Origin: a virus
Lineage: Duplodnaviria; Caudoviricetes
Reading direction: 5' to 3' (one strand)
Virus record (IMG/VR): IMGVR_UViG_3300010340_001609
Location: 1 to 64,000 of that record
Length of the DNA stretch: 64,000 nucleotides
Program-made: the position numbers and the translations under genes
The notes under the pieces: model-generated
The model's input: only the letters and a program-made list of their open reading frames with translations
Told to the model about the DNA's origin: nothing
The model's database searches: none
In this document: positions 1 through 9,475 of the stretch, in pieces
Layout of the letters: the number at the start of each line of letters is the position of its first letter
Position numbering within the stretch: the first letter of the stretch is position 1

Positions 1-99
1 AATAAAAAATTCAAAATTACCCATTGCTTTAAGTGCAGCATTACAGAGTTTTCCTGGTGTTTTAGTATTTGTTTGTTTTTCGATTATTGCGGTAATCAT
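1..99 (-). CDS. hypothetical protein, partial (runs off window start)
   Basis: ATG at 99, open frame MITAIIEKQTNTKTPGKLCNAALKAMGNFEFFI to the window edge; not in ORF track. Confidence 0.5.
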   Translation of the reverse strand, partial: MITAIIEKQTNTKTPGKLCNAALKAMGNFEFFI

Positions 100-141
100 A
101 ATAAAATATTATTATTATTAATTTCAAATTAAAATGTTCTA

Positions 142-585
142 TTATGAAATTTTTATTAACGCATACACTTTATATACTGAGGTTCTTTGAACACTAAATA
201 AAGAAGAAGACAAGGGTTCCGAGGTTTCTTGAATTGTATTCTCAAGAAATTTTAATTTAATTTGATCTTTTGCAGGTTCAGTATATTCTTGTTTTGACAA
301 AGGTTCAGCCTTACCCATTTTTTCAGAAAATGCTTTATAATCTTCTTCGATTTTTTTCATTCTATTTGTTATATCAGATATAGCATCTTGTTTCCATTTC
401 TGTTGAAGTTCTATTCTTACCGATTGGTGTCCAGCAGAAACAAAAGATTGATGAATTACTTTGATTAATCCATCATCCAATGCCTCAAATTTTATCCAAT
501 GATTTTTTCGTTCGTCTTGTCCAGTGTTTAATGCAAGAATTTTTACTAATCTTTGATATGTTAAATAATTTTTTACTTCTGCCAT
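142..585 (-). CDS. hypothetical phage protein
   Basis: 147 aa ORF with a TATTTA hexamer 14-19 nt upstream; no family motif recognised. Confidence 0.65.
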   Translation of the reverse strand: MAEVKNYLTYQRLVKILALNTGQDERKNHWIKFEALDDGLIKVIHQSFVSAGHQSVRIELQQKWKQDAISDITNRMKKIEEDYKAFSEKMGKAEPLSKQEYTEPAKDQIKLKFLENTIQETSEPLSSSLFSVQRTSVYKVYALIKIS

Positions 586-612
586 TTTTTTATAGTAATA
601 AATACTTTTTAT

Positions 613-879
613 TCATTTAAAGTCAAATGTAAAATTACTTCTTTGTTTTCTTTTAAGAATGTATTCTTTGTACTTATCACTTTTTTTATCAACTTTTATA
701 GAAGATTTAATAAATACCATCTCGCATTCAAAACAACATTTTGATTCTTTATAAGACAAAATGTCTTCAAAGGTTCTCATGGTAAAATCACAAACAGGAC
801 AAAAAATAGGAATAGGTTCGTGATTTTCTGGTTTAAATACGTAAAATTCTTCGTTGATTAATGAATCACTCTGCTTCAT
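613..879 (-). CDS. small zinc-finger protein
   Basis: CPVC...CCFEC cysteine pairs; directly downstream of the Mre11-Rad50 fusion. Confidence 0.65.
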   Translation of the reverse strand: MKQSDSLINEEFYVFKPENHEPIPIFCPVCDFTMRTFEDILSYKESKCCFECEMVFIKSSIKVDKKSDKYKEYILKRKQRSNFTFDFK

Positions 880-883
880 TCAA

Positions 884-3800
884 TTAATTGTATCTTACAA
901 AAGATTGTAATGTTTTTGGATCTTGATTAATTTCTATTATATTATCCATATATTCTTTTAATGAAGGAATATGTGTGATAACATAAATTGCTTTAAATTT
1001 TTCTTTTAGTTTGCATAAAATCTTAACAACATTTCCCAAATTATTTTGATCAAGAGCATCGAAACCCTCATCTATTATCAAAGAATCCAATTTTGGTAAT
1101 GGTGTTAATTCCATTAACGCAGCCCTGATAGCAAGAGAAGAAACCATTTTTTCCATACCAGAGGCTAACTCAATCATTCTTTTGGATTTATTATCTTCAA
1201 TGAAGATATCTAAAGTGTTTACTCCTACTTCTGTTTCAAATTTTAATTTAAAATCAACATTGTCTTGCAAGTAAGAATTAACTAAATTATTGATAATTGG
1301 AAGCTGAGAATTCAACAACATCGCTGGTATTCCATTCTTGGAAAAGGCTTCAAGAATGCTTTCCAGGAGCTTCATTTTTTTATACGAAATTTCTTTCACT
1401 TCTTTTGAAGTCAATAAATTTTGAAGTATGTTTTCGTTTTTACCAATATTCATAATGCAATCATTTAAGGTGGCAAATTTTTGTTTTTTACGTGAAAGTT
1501 TCTCTTCTTTAAGTTCTTGAATCCCAGATAAAGAAAACAACAATTCACATTTAGTTTTTAAAACTTCTTTTTGATTTGTATATTCTTCAACATCTTTTTC
1601 TAAGGACGGAAGAAGTCCTGAATTTTTTGAAGAAAGTTGCATTTCTAATTGTAAAATTTTATTTTTCAATTCAGATAATTCGATTTCCAGTTTTCTTTTT
1701 TGAACTTCTTCCTTAGCTAATAAAGTTTTAATTCCTTCAAATAATTCTATTTTAGAATTAATTTTCTCTTCATCAAAATTAATTTCAATTAATTTTTTAT
1801 TAATTGTATCTAATATTTTTTTAGATTCATGGGCATCTTTTATATAAACACAACTTTGAAATTGATCACCACATGGAACTGTCGATAGTTTTTTAACTAT
1901 CTTTCTATTATACTCTGCTTCCTTATTTAAGGACTCATAAACGTTTTTAAGTTTGTTTAATTCTTCATAATCACTTTCAAGAAATTTCATTTCTTTTTCG
2001 AAAATTGAAATATTTTCTTCGATTTCAGCTAAATCAACTTTTGTTTTCTCTTTTAATTTATTTTTAGCCTGTAATAATGCGTTTATACTTTCAATAGCTT
2101 TATTTTCTTGTTGTAATTCATTTATTTTTCTATTAAGTTTATTTGAAACGATTTCTAATTGCTGATGCAAAGAATTATATTCTTTTATATCAGGAAGTGA
2201 ATCTAATTCAAGAGCTAAAGTATCTATTTCGACTTCTAATTGAGTTTTAAGCTCCATTAAAGACATAAGAATATCTTTTGTCTTTTCAATTTCATGTTCT
2301 AACGCAATTTTATCATAGTCTTTCAAATCACCTTTTTTAAGAAAATTATATTCTTCACTTACAGAAGAGTGTAATTGTTTAAAAACATCTAAATCTAAAA
2401 ATTTATTTAAAAGTTCTTTTCGGGAAGTCGCACCAGAGTTAATGAAACTATTAATTTGACCTTGAGCGGATAAAGATGTAAATAAAAAATCTTCAGGGGT
2501 TCCAATAATATTTCTTAAAACTTTTTCAGTGTCTGTTCTTGTAATTGAGTTTTCATTTTTTAATTCAAACTGTGATCCATTTCTATCTAACTTAAAAAGT
2601 TTTAATGAAGTTGCCGCTTTATCTTCCGCTTCAAGCTTTTTATTTTTACTTTTTTGAATTTGCTTCTCAATTTTTCTTTCGAGAAGATATTTTTGCCCTG
2701 AAACAGAAAAAAGCATTCTCATGTTTGCTTCTTTTTCATTGCTGTTAACGACAAAGGCTGATTTAACTGGGGCTCTATCCGTGACATTGTACAGAGTAAG
2801 TGCAAGTGATCCAATTAAAGACGATTTTCCAACCCTGTTTTTTCCATGTATCCCAATCAATCCTGATAATTTAGAAAAATTTAATTTATTATTCTTTCCA
2901 TACGAAAGAACGTTATCGAACTCATAAGTTTCAAGTTTGATAATGGCGTCTCTAACTTGATCTGAAACACCTATTAATTTTTCGACATGTTCATCTATGA
3001 TCGATTTCGCAATTTTCAAATCTACATTTTTATAATTGTCTTTGTTTCTTAACAAGAATTTTTCGTATAATTCTTTAATTTTTTCTTTATTTGTTTTAAT
3101 TTCTTGTTTTGAAATTTGTTCACCATGTAAATCAACTGAATCTAAACGCAACACAATATTTTCTTCAAAAGAAACATCTTTAGCACCCAGTTTATTTACA
3201 ACGAAAGATTTCAAAGATAATTTATCGTTATCACTTATTTTCAGATTACTTTTAATTTTTAATTTCCATCCAATTGCAACTTTGTGCAATTGAACCATGT
3301 TTAATATATCTTTTTGAGTTTCTTCAAGGGAAGAAAAATTCACATTCAAAAATAAAAATGGATTTGTTACTTTAATAAAAGATTTTTGAAATTTATCTTT
3401 TGATTCAATCTCCCATAATGTAAATCCTTTTTCTATAGATTCTCCATGATCTAATTGAGATAAACTTCCTGGGTAATGTACCTTTCCCGCTTTATCCATA
3501 TCTTGCCGCTTGTGAATATCTCCTAACATGGAATAATCAAAAGGTTTAAAAAACGAAATTTCGGCTTCTGAATGTTCTGCATCATTTGCAATAACACCGT
3601 TTTCATAAACACAACCAAGAACCGAACCATGAAAAACGGAGATGTTAATTTTATCATTTTTTGGAGATTCTAATGTTGTCCAACCTTCTTTATCAAAGAG
3701 AGAATAAAAGAAAAACTTATAATCTCCTTTAACAAAGGTTTCAGTTTTTTTATGAAGAAATAAATTACTGTTATTTATTGCTCTTATGATTGGAGAAATT

Positions 3801-4078
3801 GAGTCTTCTCTTTGTTCATTTTTTAAGTTACCATCATGGTTTCCAAGTATTATATGGGTTTCCGCGACAGAAGCCAAAGAATTAAAAAAATCCACTAATA
3901 GTGAAATGGATTCAGGAGTTATGTTTTCAGTTTTAGTATGAAAAATATCCCCAGCTAAAATGATTAATTCAGGGTTTACTTTTAGTAGCGATTTATATAA
4001 ATTTTCAAAGATTACTTTGTTTTCTTGTATTCTTTCTTTTCCTTGAACATGTATATCTGCTAAATGTGCTATTTTCAT
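884..4078 (-). CDS. fused Mre11/SbcD-like nuclease + Rad50/SbcC-like ATPase (T4 gp47-gp46-like)
   Basis: Phosphoesterase motifs ADIH, GDIFH, GNHD, FHG, LGDIH, YPGS; then Walker A GKNRVGKSS, Q-loop SAQGQ, coiled coil, signature ASGME, Walker B LIIDEGFDALD, H-loop ITH. Confidence 0.93.
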   Translation of the reverse strand: MKIAHLADIHVQGKERIQENKVIFENLYKSLLKVNPELIILAGDIFHTKTENITPESISLLVDFFNSLASVAETHIILGNHDGNLKNEQREDSISPIIRAINNSNLFLHKKTETFVKGDYKFFFYSLFDKEGWTTLESPKNDKINISVFHGSVLGCVYENGVIANDAEHSEAEISFFKPFDYSMLGDIHKRQDMDKAGKVHYPGSLSQLDHGESIEKGFTLWEIESKDKFQKSFIKVTNPFLFLNVNFSSLEETQKDILNMVQLHKVAIGWKLKIKSNLKISDNDKLSLKSFVVNKLGAKDVSFEENIVLRLDSVDLHGEQISKQEIKTNKEKIKELYEKFLLRNKDNYKNVDLKIAKSIIDEHVEKLIGVSDQVRDAIIKLETYEFDNVLSYGKNNKLNFSKLSGLIGIHGKNRVGKSSLIGSLALTLYNVTDRAPVKSAFVVNSNEKEANMRMLFSVSGQKYLLERKIEKQIQKSKNKKLEAEDKAATSLKLFKLDRNGSQFELKNENSITRTDTEKVLRNIIGTPEDFLFTSLSAQGQINSFINSGATSRKELLNKFLDLDVFKQLHSSVSEEYNFLKKGDLKDYDKIALEHEIEKTKDILMSLMELKTQLEVEIDTLALELDSLPDIKEYNSLHQQLEIVSNKLNRKINELQQENKAIESINALLQAKNKLKEKTKVDLAEIEENISIFEKEMKFLESDYEELNKLKNVYESLNKEAEYNRKIVKKLSTVPCGDQFQSCVYIKDAHESKKILDTINKKLIEINFDEEKINSKIELFEGIKTLLAKEEVQKRKLEIELSELKNKILQLEMQLSSKNSGLLPSLEKDVEEYTNQKEVLKTKCELLFSLSGIQELKEEKLSRKKQKFATLNDCIMNIGKNENILQNLLTSKEVKEISYKKMKLLESILEAFSKNGIPAMLLNSQLPIINNLVNSYLQDNVDFKLKFETEVGVNTLDIFIEDNKSKRMIELASGMEKMVSSLAIRAALMELTPLPKLDSLIIDEGFDALDQNNLGNVVKILCKLKEKFKAIYVITHIPSLKEYMDNIIEINQDPKTLQSFVRYN

Positions 4079-5169
4079 TTGTTTGTAATGCTTTCGATTA
4101 TTTTATCTTTTTTACTTTTTGGAGTCCAACTTTTTTCTTCAGTAAAATTTAATTTTTCTAGTCCGAGTTCTTGAAGCTCTGCAAAATCTTTTGCAGATTC
4201 ATGCTTTATATCTAAAATTTTTATTTCTGTTCCAAAATCGATTAGAACGGAAAAAGTTTTTGCAATCTGCTCTCTCTTTTTAACCTCATTTTTATCTAAT
4301 GCAATTCTTAAAAGTTTTGGCTTGTTTTTAAATATCATTTCAAATATTTTAGAATTTTTCGTTATTGTTGAACCAAAAATTGGAATTGTATTTTTAAATG
4401 GACTACAAATATAATCAAATGGACCTTCAACTAAAGTGTATTCATTTAATGAATGATCCAAAAACAATTCGTTAAATATAATTTGGTTATTATTTGGGGT
4501 ATTATTATATTTTGATCGTCGGTCATTTTTCATAAATGATCGGCCAATATAAAAATCAATTTCAAAATTTGAATTAAAAGATGGAATGATAACTCGATTT
4601 TCGAATTTAAACTTTTCTTTCGGGGATGTGAAATCAAAAAACAAACCAAAACTATTTGAGAATATTTGCTCTTCAGTTAATTTTCTTTGATTCAGAAGAT
4701 AGTTTAAAGCTTCATTAGCGACTTTAATTTGTTTTTTCGAGGAAAGAGACTTTGATAATAATTGAAACCCTCTAAGGTCTATTATCGCCCTCTTTTCAAT
4801 AATATTATTTTTTAATATAGCTGATTCGATTTTATCATGAAATGTCGAGCCAACATATTCACTATATGAAGTTTTCTTGTAAAACTTTTGTTGATATTCA
4901 TCAAGAAAAGATCTTTTGTAGTTTAAAATTAATTTAAATAAATTTTTACTTTTATACCCACAAACCCAACAGTGTAACGCAAAATCAGTTGTTCTTATAA
5001 CAAGTTTCTTTTTTTCATATTGAATACCGTTTTTTTCTTTACATATAGGGCATACAACGTTAATATTCATACCAGCATTTGATAACTGATAATCTCCAAA
5101 ACACTTTTCTATAAAAGGTATTGTGTCAAGTTTGGAGTACATTTCCACAATGTAAGTCGTGCATTGCAC
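4075..5169 (-). CDS. DNA primase-like protein (zinc finger + TOPRIM)
   Basis: CPIC...HCWVC zinc finger, RVIIP..GRS..SKY segment, TOPRIM VEGPFD and IALD; real start probably ATG at 5142. Confidence 0.8.
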   Translation of the reverse strand: MQCTTYIVEMYSKLDTIPFIEKCFGDYQLSNAGMNINVVCPICKEKNGIQYEKKKLVIRTTDFALHCWVCGYKSKNLFKLILNYKRSFLDEYQQKFYKKTSYSEYVGSTFHDKIESAILKNNIIEKRAIIDLRGFQLLSKSLSSKKQIKVANEALNYLLNQRKLTEEQIFSNSFGLFFDFTSPKEKFKFENRVIIPSFNSNFEIDFYIGRSFMKNDRRSKYNNTPNNNQIIFNELFLDHSLNEYTLVEGPFDYICSPFKNTIPIFGSTITKNSKIFEMIFKNKPKLLRIALDKNEVKKREQIAKTFSVLIDFGTEIKILDIKHESAKDFAELQELGLEKLNFTEEKSWTPKSKKDKIIESITNK

Positions 5170-5180
5170 CGACGCAAGGC

Positions 5181-5438
5181 TTAAAGCCTCTTAACGCCTT
5201 TGCCTTGTGTTATTTGAAAGTATACGGTATTTTCCTGTTTTTTCTTTGGAACAATCAGCACATGCTTAGAGCTAACATTCAACTTCGACTCTTTTTTACT
5301 TTTATCAAAACTCCATTTAATTTCCAATATACCTTCATATTTTTCTTCGTGATAAGCTTCACTCAATAATTCTTCAATTGCTAATTCCAATTGAAATTCT
5401 ACAGTATTAGAAAATTTTTGTATTTTAGGTGTATCCAT
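5181..5438 (-). CDS. hypothetical protein
   Basis: 85 aa ORF packed within the operon. Confidence 0.55.
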   Translation of the reverse strand: MDTPKIQKFSNTVEFQLELAIEELLSEAYHEEKYEGILEIKWSFDKSKKESKLNVSSKHVLIVPKKKQENTVYFQITQGKGVKRL

Positions 5439-5441
5439 AAA

Positions 5442-6014
5442 TTAACTTCCTTTTGCTATTACGTAAGCATCAATCATGTCTCTCGCATGTTCTTCGTAAT
5501 CTATTTGTCCTTTTCTTGGACCAGACTTAAAAGTTTTTTTCGGTAAAAAATTTACAACTTCACTATAATTGGCAATCACATAGCGAAAAACTTGATCTTT
5601 TATTTTCTCTTTTGAATCTTTTGCTTTTTTAAAACCAATTTTTTTTCTAGCTGATGCAACTTGGGTTTCTTTAACTTTAAGGTTTGGAAAATTTTTCCAA
5701 ACCGTATAAGCAATCAAAGCATTTATTTTAGCTAAAATGAACATTGTGTGAGCAGTTGTTTTTCCACCAGAAAAAGCTTTGGCATTAGCTTCTATTCTAA
5801 CTTCATCTAATTCAAAATTGTTTTTTGTCAAATAATCATTTAACATTTTTTCAAATGTTTCAACTTTATTAAATAAAATAATATAATTTTCAATTTTTTC
5901 ACTTTTAAATTTTAAAAATTTTAAATCTATTAATTTCATAGATGAATTGAAAATAGAAATTCCGATTACACTCGAAGAAATATCTAACCCAACTATGATT
6001 TTTTCTTTGTTCAT
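5442..6014 (-). CDS. RuvC-like Holliday junction resolvase
   Basis: IVGLDISSSVIG, RIE and C-terminal DMIDAYVIA acidic tetrad of the RNase H fold. Confidence 0.8.
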   Translation of the reverse strand: MNKEKIIVGLDISSSVIGISIFNSSMKLIDLKFLKFKSEKIENYIILFNKVETFEKMLNDYLTKNNFELDEVRIEANAKAFSGGKTTAHTMFILAKINALIAYTVWKNFPNLKVKETQVASARKKIGFKKAKDSKEKIKDQVFRYVIANYSEVVNFLPKKTFKSGPRKGQIDYEEHARDMIDAYVIAKGS

Positions 6015-6586
6015 TTTTTTATTTTAGTCTTGACCCTAGTGCATTTGTTATACGTTTCAAAAAGTTTTTCGGCTACTGGGTCTTTTACTCTCGACTCTTT
6101 TGGTTTACTCTTTCGACTAGTCGATTTTTTAGATTGCTTAGTGTTTTTCTTTTTTTCTGGTGGCGGTAATTTGTACCCTAGTTTTTTCTTATATTCATCA
6201 ATCGTTTTTTTATTCCATATTTCATAAGTTGTATTAACTAAATTTGCTTTAATATACTTTTCTGCTGCGGCAGCTTTTGTTTTAACAATTTTTGTCTGGA
6301 CACGATCATCTCTTTTAATTTCTATTATTTTTTTAGTTCCATCAATAAATTCAATTAAAAAATCTGGAAAATATATTTTAACTTTTCTTGTTCTAATATT
6401 TGTAATATACGGAATTCTTAAAGATTCGTATTCTACAGAGACGATTGAACTATCGAAATCAAACATCAATGAAACATCTTTTTCCCATCCGCTTCTATAC
6501 TCTATTTCTTTTTCGCATTTTGTGATTTTTAATTTACCTTGATGGTACCATTTTCTTTTTTTTCTCTTTTTGATGTTAGTACTCAT
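6011..6586 (-). CDS. T4 gp4-like head completion nuclease (TnsA-N/PD-(D/E)xK family) with basic C-terminal tail
   Basis: YRSGWE, YESLRIPY, YFPDFLIEF, IEIK motifs. Confidence 0.75.
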   Translation of the reverse strand: MSTNIKKRKKRKWYHQGKLKITKCEKEIEYRSGWEKDVSLMFDFDSSIVSVEYESLRIPYITNIRTRKVKIYFPDFLIEFIDGTKKIIEIKRDDRVQTKIVKTKAAAAEKYIKANLVNTTYEIWNKKTIDEYKKKLGYKLPPPEKKKNTKQSKKSTSRKSKPKESRVKDPVAEKLFETYNKCTRVKTKIKK

Positions 6587-7116
6587 AACACGTTATCCTT
6601 TGTCAATAGATAATCTATTCCTAGACCCTCCTCCCTCCCCGTGTTTACTAACACTAAAGGAAAGGGCTCCTGGGAGGGTATTATTTTTCTTATATGGTAA
6701 GAGTATAATACTCTAAAGAGAGTAATAGACCTAAACCAATCTACATCGAGATATGATAGATACTCATCATTACCTAAATGATAATGAGTATTGGAACAAT
6801 CCATTACTGTTAACCCTTCAGAGCTTACCTCGACGACTGATATTTCTTTATTTCTAAGAAATGAGTTCCAGATTGAAACCGTTTTTTCTGAACAAGCCTC
6901 TCTGTCATTTGTGAATTTTGAATTTTTCATTATTGAGAATAACTTTCTATACATTTTGAAAGCTAGACCATGTTGTTTAGAACAAACTCTTTTTATTTCA
7001 TATGAATTTAAATCATCATTCCATCTAGAGTGAATCATTCCTAAAATGTTATTTTTTTCATTTTTGACAACAATTCCTATTACTTTTTTAGGTTTTACAT
7101 ATATTTTTATATTCAT
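6583..7116 (-). CDS. hypothetical protein, possibly degenerate GNAT-like fold
   Basis: EIKRV..KQHGLAFKMY..ND..CS....IW resembles phage GNAT-like proteins; 3' third has atypical base composition. Confidence 0.4.
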   Translation of the reverse strand: MNIKIYVKPKKVIGIVVKNEKNNILGMIHSRWNDDLNSYEIKRVCSKQHGLAFKMYRKLFSIMKNSKFTNDREACSEKTVSIWNSFLRNKEISVVEVSSEGLTVMDCSNTHYHLGNDEYLSYLDVDWFRSITLFRVLYSYHIRKIIPSQEPFPLVLVNTGREEGLGIDYLLTKDNVL

Positions 7117-9441
7117 TTAAAAGTTTATTGGTAACTTGAATAAAAAAGCCTCTCCAGTTCTCTTTAAAACTGGTTGAGCCAAATTTGCTCTAGCAATTAC
7201 ATTTAAATTATCATCATGAATTAATACTTCGGATATTAAAGTATATTGCGTATCTGAATCGTTTGCTAAGTTTGAAGCTTTTAAGTTTTCATTCCACGAC
7301 GCATTTGCAGAGTCGGTTTGCTCAAGGGCATTAGCATAACAATCAATTGTCAGCGTGTAAACGCTCGAATTGCCTTTACACGATAGTTTGTACTGGTTTT
7401 CTCCAAACCAAATCAGCGAAGGGTGCTTAATTACGATAATTCCCTCGTTGTAAAATACATTGCCAACTGAATTCCATGAAGAATTGTTTGAAATTGAATC
7501 TGCACGATAAAGATTGCCTCGACCATCGTCTTTTAATGTGATTGAAATTTTGTCATCAGACCCATACAAAGAATTATCTGTTAAAACAACAGTTCCAGGC
7601 TCTATTCTTGATCCATAATAAAGATTTGATATATCAAAAAATCTTATATTATTTGATGACGGATCTCTTGTTTGTTGTAAAATAAAAGGAACAATAGATG
7701 GGGGATTAATAAAACTTGCTGAATTTGTTGGATCTGGACTTACAGATCCGAAACCAAGAGAAGAAGTTATAGAACTATTTAAAAATGCACCATACCAGGA
7801 TGAAGATACAACATTTCTTAAATGAATATAACCATAATCTGTAGTTATATCATTTTTAAACAATGAGTTAGATAAATTTGTTAACCAACTATAATTTGGA
7901 GTAAAAATTCCATTATCATTAGGTAGAATAAATAAATTTCTTTTTAATACGGATTCAGATTGATATAAAATTGCATTCCCAGAGGAACCTGTAACCGAGG
8001 TGTTAAATATATCAGGAGTTAATCCAAAAAGTCTGGGGTAAATTCCTTTCGTTAATTCTCTTGTGTGGTTTTCAAGGTTTATATAATGACTACCAATATA
8101 AAGAGCTAATTCCGTACTGTAAGGCGATCTAGTTGTCCCAGTTGCGTTATAATATGGCGTTTTAAGTATTCCACCTTTAGAACCATTTTTAGTTCTATAT
8201 GGACTTTCCTCAGTGAAAAAAGGCGGAACAAAAAAGATTAGATCTTCAGCATCTTTTTCTGGTCCAAATTCAATTAAATTATTAATTTTATCTATTGTGA
8301 GATATTTATTGTAAATTTTCAAATCATGTATTTCAGCATTTAAAGGAAATTGAAAATTATACAAATCAGGTTCGGTAAAACCGCTGGCTCCATTTAATAC
8401 CAATAGCCCATCATTTGCTCCAGTGTCAGAACCAAAGAACCTAGACACACCAGAAGAACCAATATTCGTGCCATTGTAAAAATTGCCAACAAATAATGCG
8501 TTTGGACCTTCTGAACTAGAAGTTATATGATAGTTTAAAAAACTGTTGGATAGGACAAATGAGCTGACAGGCTCTCCATTTATTAAAATAGAACCTGTGC
8601 CAAAATTATAATCAGAAGTCCCCCAACGGGCAGTAATATTATACCAAGTGTTTTTATCCAAACTGTTATCAGGCGTTTCAACAATTGTTGTTCCATTTGG
8701 AACTGCGACATTGGGTAAAGTTTTACTGTCAGTTTCAAACTGAAATAAAAGTTTAAATTTATCCACTTCCCCATTTATGTCTTTATGTGACCCAGTTAAC
8801 AATGAAATGCAAAACCCACCAGAGGCGTGCATTATTGTTCCTGGATTTTCAAAACTATATCTTGGATTTATCCAAAAATTTATAGTAAATTCATCTATTG
8901 GTAAAAAACTTGAAGAAACTAATGTTGACCCACTTAAAGTTATTTCATTTGGATATATTAACACTGAAGATGTATTAAAATGTGAAGATGAGAAAAAATT
9001 AAATGTATGATAATTTGTGTATGAAAAGTGTGCTTCTGGATATTCAGGCTTATAATATGGAGAATATAAGTTAGAAACTATAGATTTCTTTTTATTATAA
9101 TTTGATCCAGAGCCTAGTAATGGAGTAAAAGATAAAATTTCTGTTTTTTGTTGATATTTCAGTTTTTCTGGTAATTCATTAATTTTGTCAAGATATAAAC
9201 TTATATCAGAATTATTATTAGGGGCAGAAAGTTTAGCCTGTTTAATGGTATCTGTTAGGTTTGCCAACGAGTTATTAAATGATAAATTTGATGAATCAAA
9301 ATTTGTTTTTTCGACTTTTGATTTTTCATTAAAAACAAATTTTGATCCCGTGGAACCAGATAACGAAGAAGAAGTATATTCTATTGCTGGGTTTAGTTTT
9401 AAGTTGGTTAGTGATATATCTTCTTTATTAATTTTAAACAT
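7117..9441 (-). CDS. virion structural protein with LamG/concanavalin A-like domain (baseplate/tail associated)
   Basis: FTINFWINP..WYNITARW..ILING..IHDLKIYNKYLT LamG pattern; C-terminal ISEVLIHDDNLNVIARANLAQPVLK shared with 9476..10621. Confidence 0.75.
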   Translation of the reverse strand: MFKINKEDISLTNLKLNPAIEYTSSSLSGSTGSKFVFNEKSKVEKTNFDSSNLSFNNSLANLTDTIKQAKLSAPNNNSDISLYLDKINELPEKLKYQQKTEILSFTPLLGSGSNYNKKKSIVSNLYSPYYKPEYPEAHFSYTNYHTFNFFSSSHFNTSSVLIYPNEITLSGSTLVSSSFLPIDEFTINFWINPRYSFENPGTIMHASGGFCISLLTGSHKDINGEVDKFKLLFQFETDSKTLPNVAVPNGTTIVETPDNSLDKNTWYNITARWGTSDYNFGTGSILINGEPVSSFVLSNSFLNYHITSSSEGPNALFVGNFYNGTNIGSSGVSRFFGSDTGANDGLLVLNGASGFTEPDLYNFQFPLNAEIHDLKIYNKYLTIDKINNLIEFGPEKDAEDLIFFVPPFFTEESPYRTKNGSKGGILKTPYYNATGTTRSPYSTELALYIGSHYINLENHTRELTKGIYPRLFGLTPDIFNTSVTGSSGNAILYQSESVLKRNLFILPNDNGIFTPNYSWLTNLSNSLFKNDITTDYGYIHLRNVVSSSWYGAFLNSSITSSLGFGSVSPDPTNSASFINPPSIVPFILQQTRDPSSNNIRFFDISNLYYGSRIEPGTVVLTDNSLYGSDDKISITLKDDGRGNLYRADSISNNSSWNSVGNVFYNEGIIVIKHPSLIWFGENQYKLSCKGNSSVYTLTIDCYANALEQTDSANASWNENLKASNLANDSDTQYTLISEVLIHDDNLNVIARANLAQPVLKRTGEAFLFKLPINF

Positions 9442-9475
9442 AGGGAACCCAGTGAGTTGAAATAACTATAGAATA

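Noticed and set aside
6011-6586. Tn7-like transposon suggested by the TnsA-type motif
   Set aside because: No TnsB/TnsC or terminal repeats; context fits a gp4-like phage nuclease
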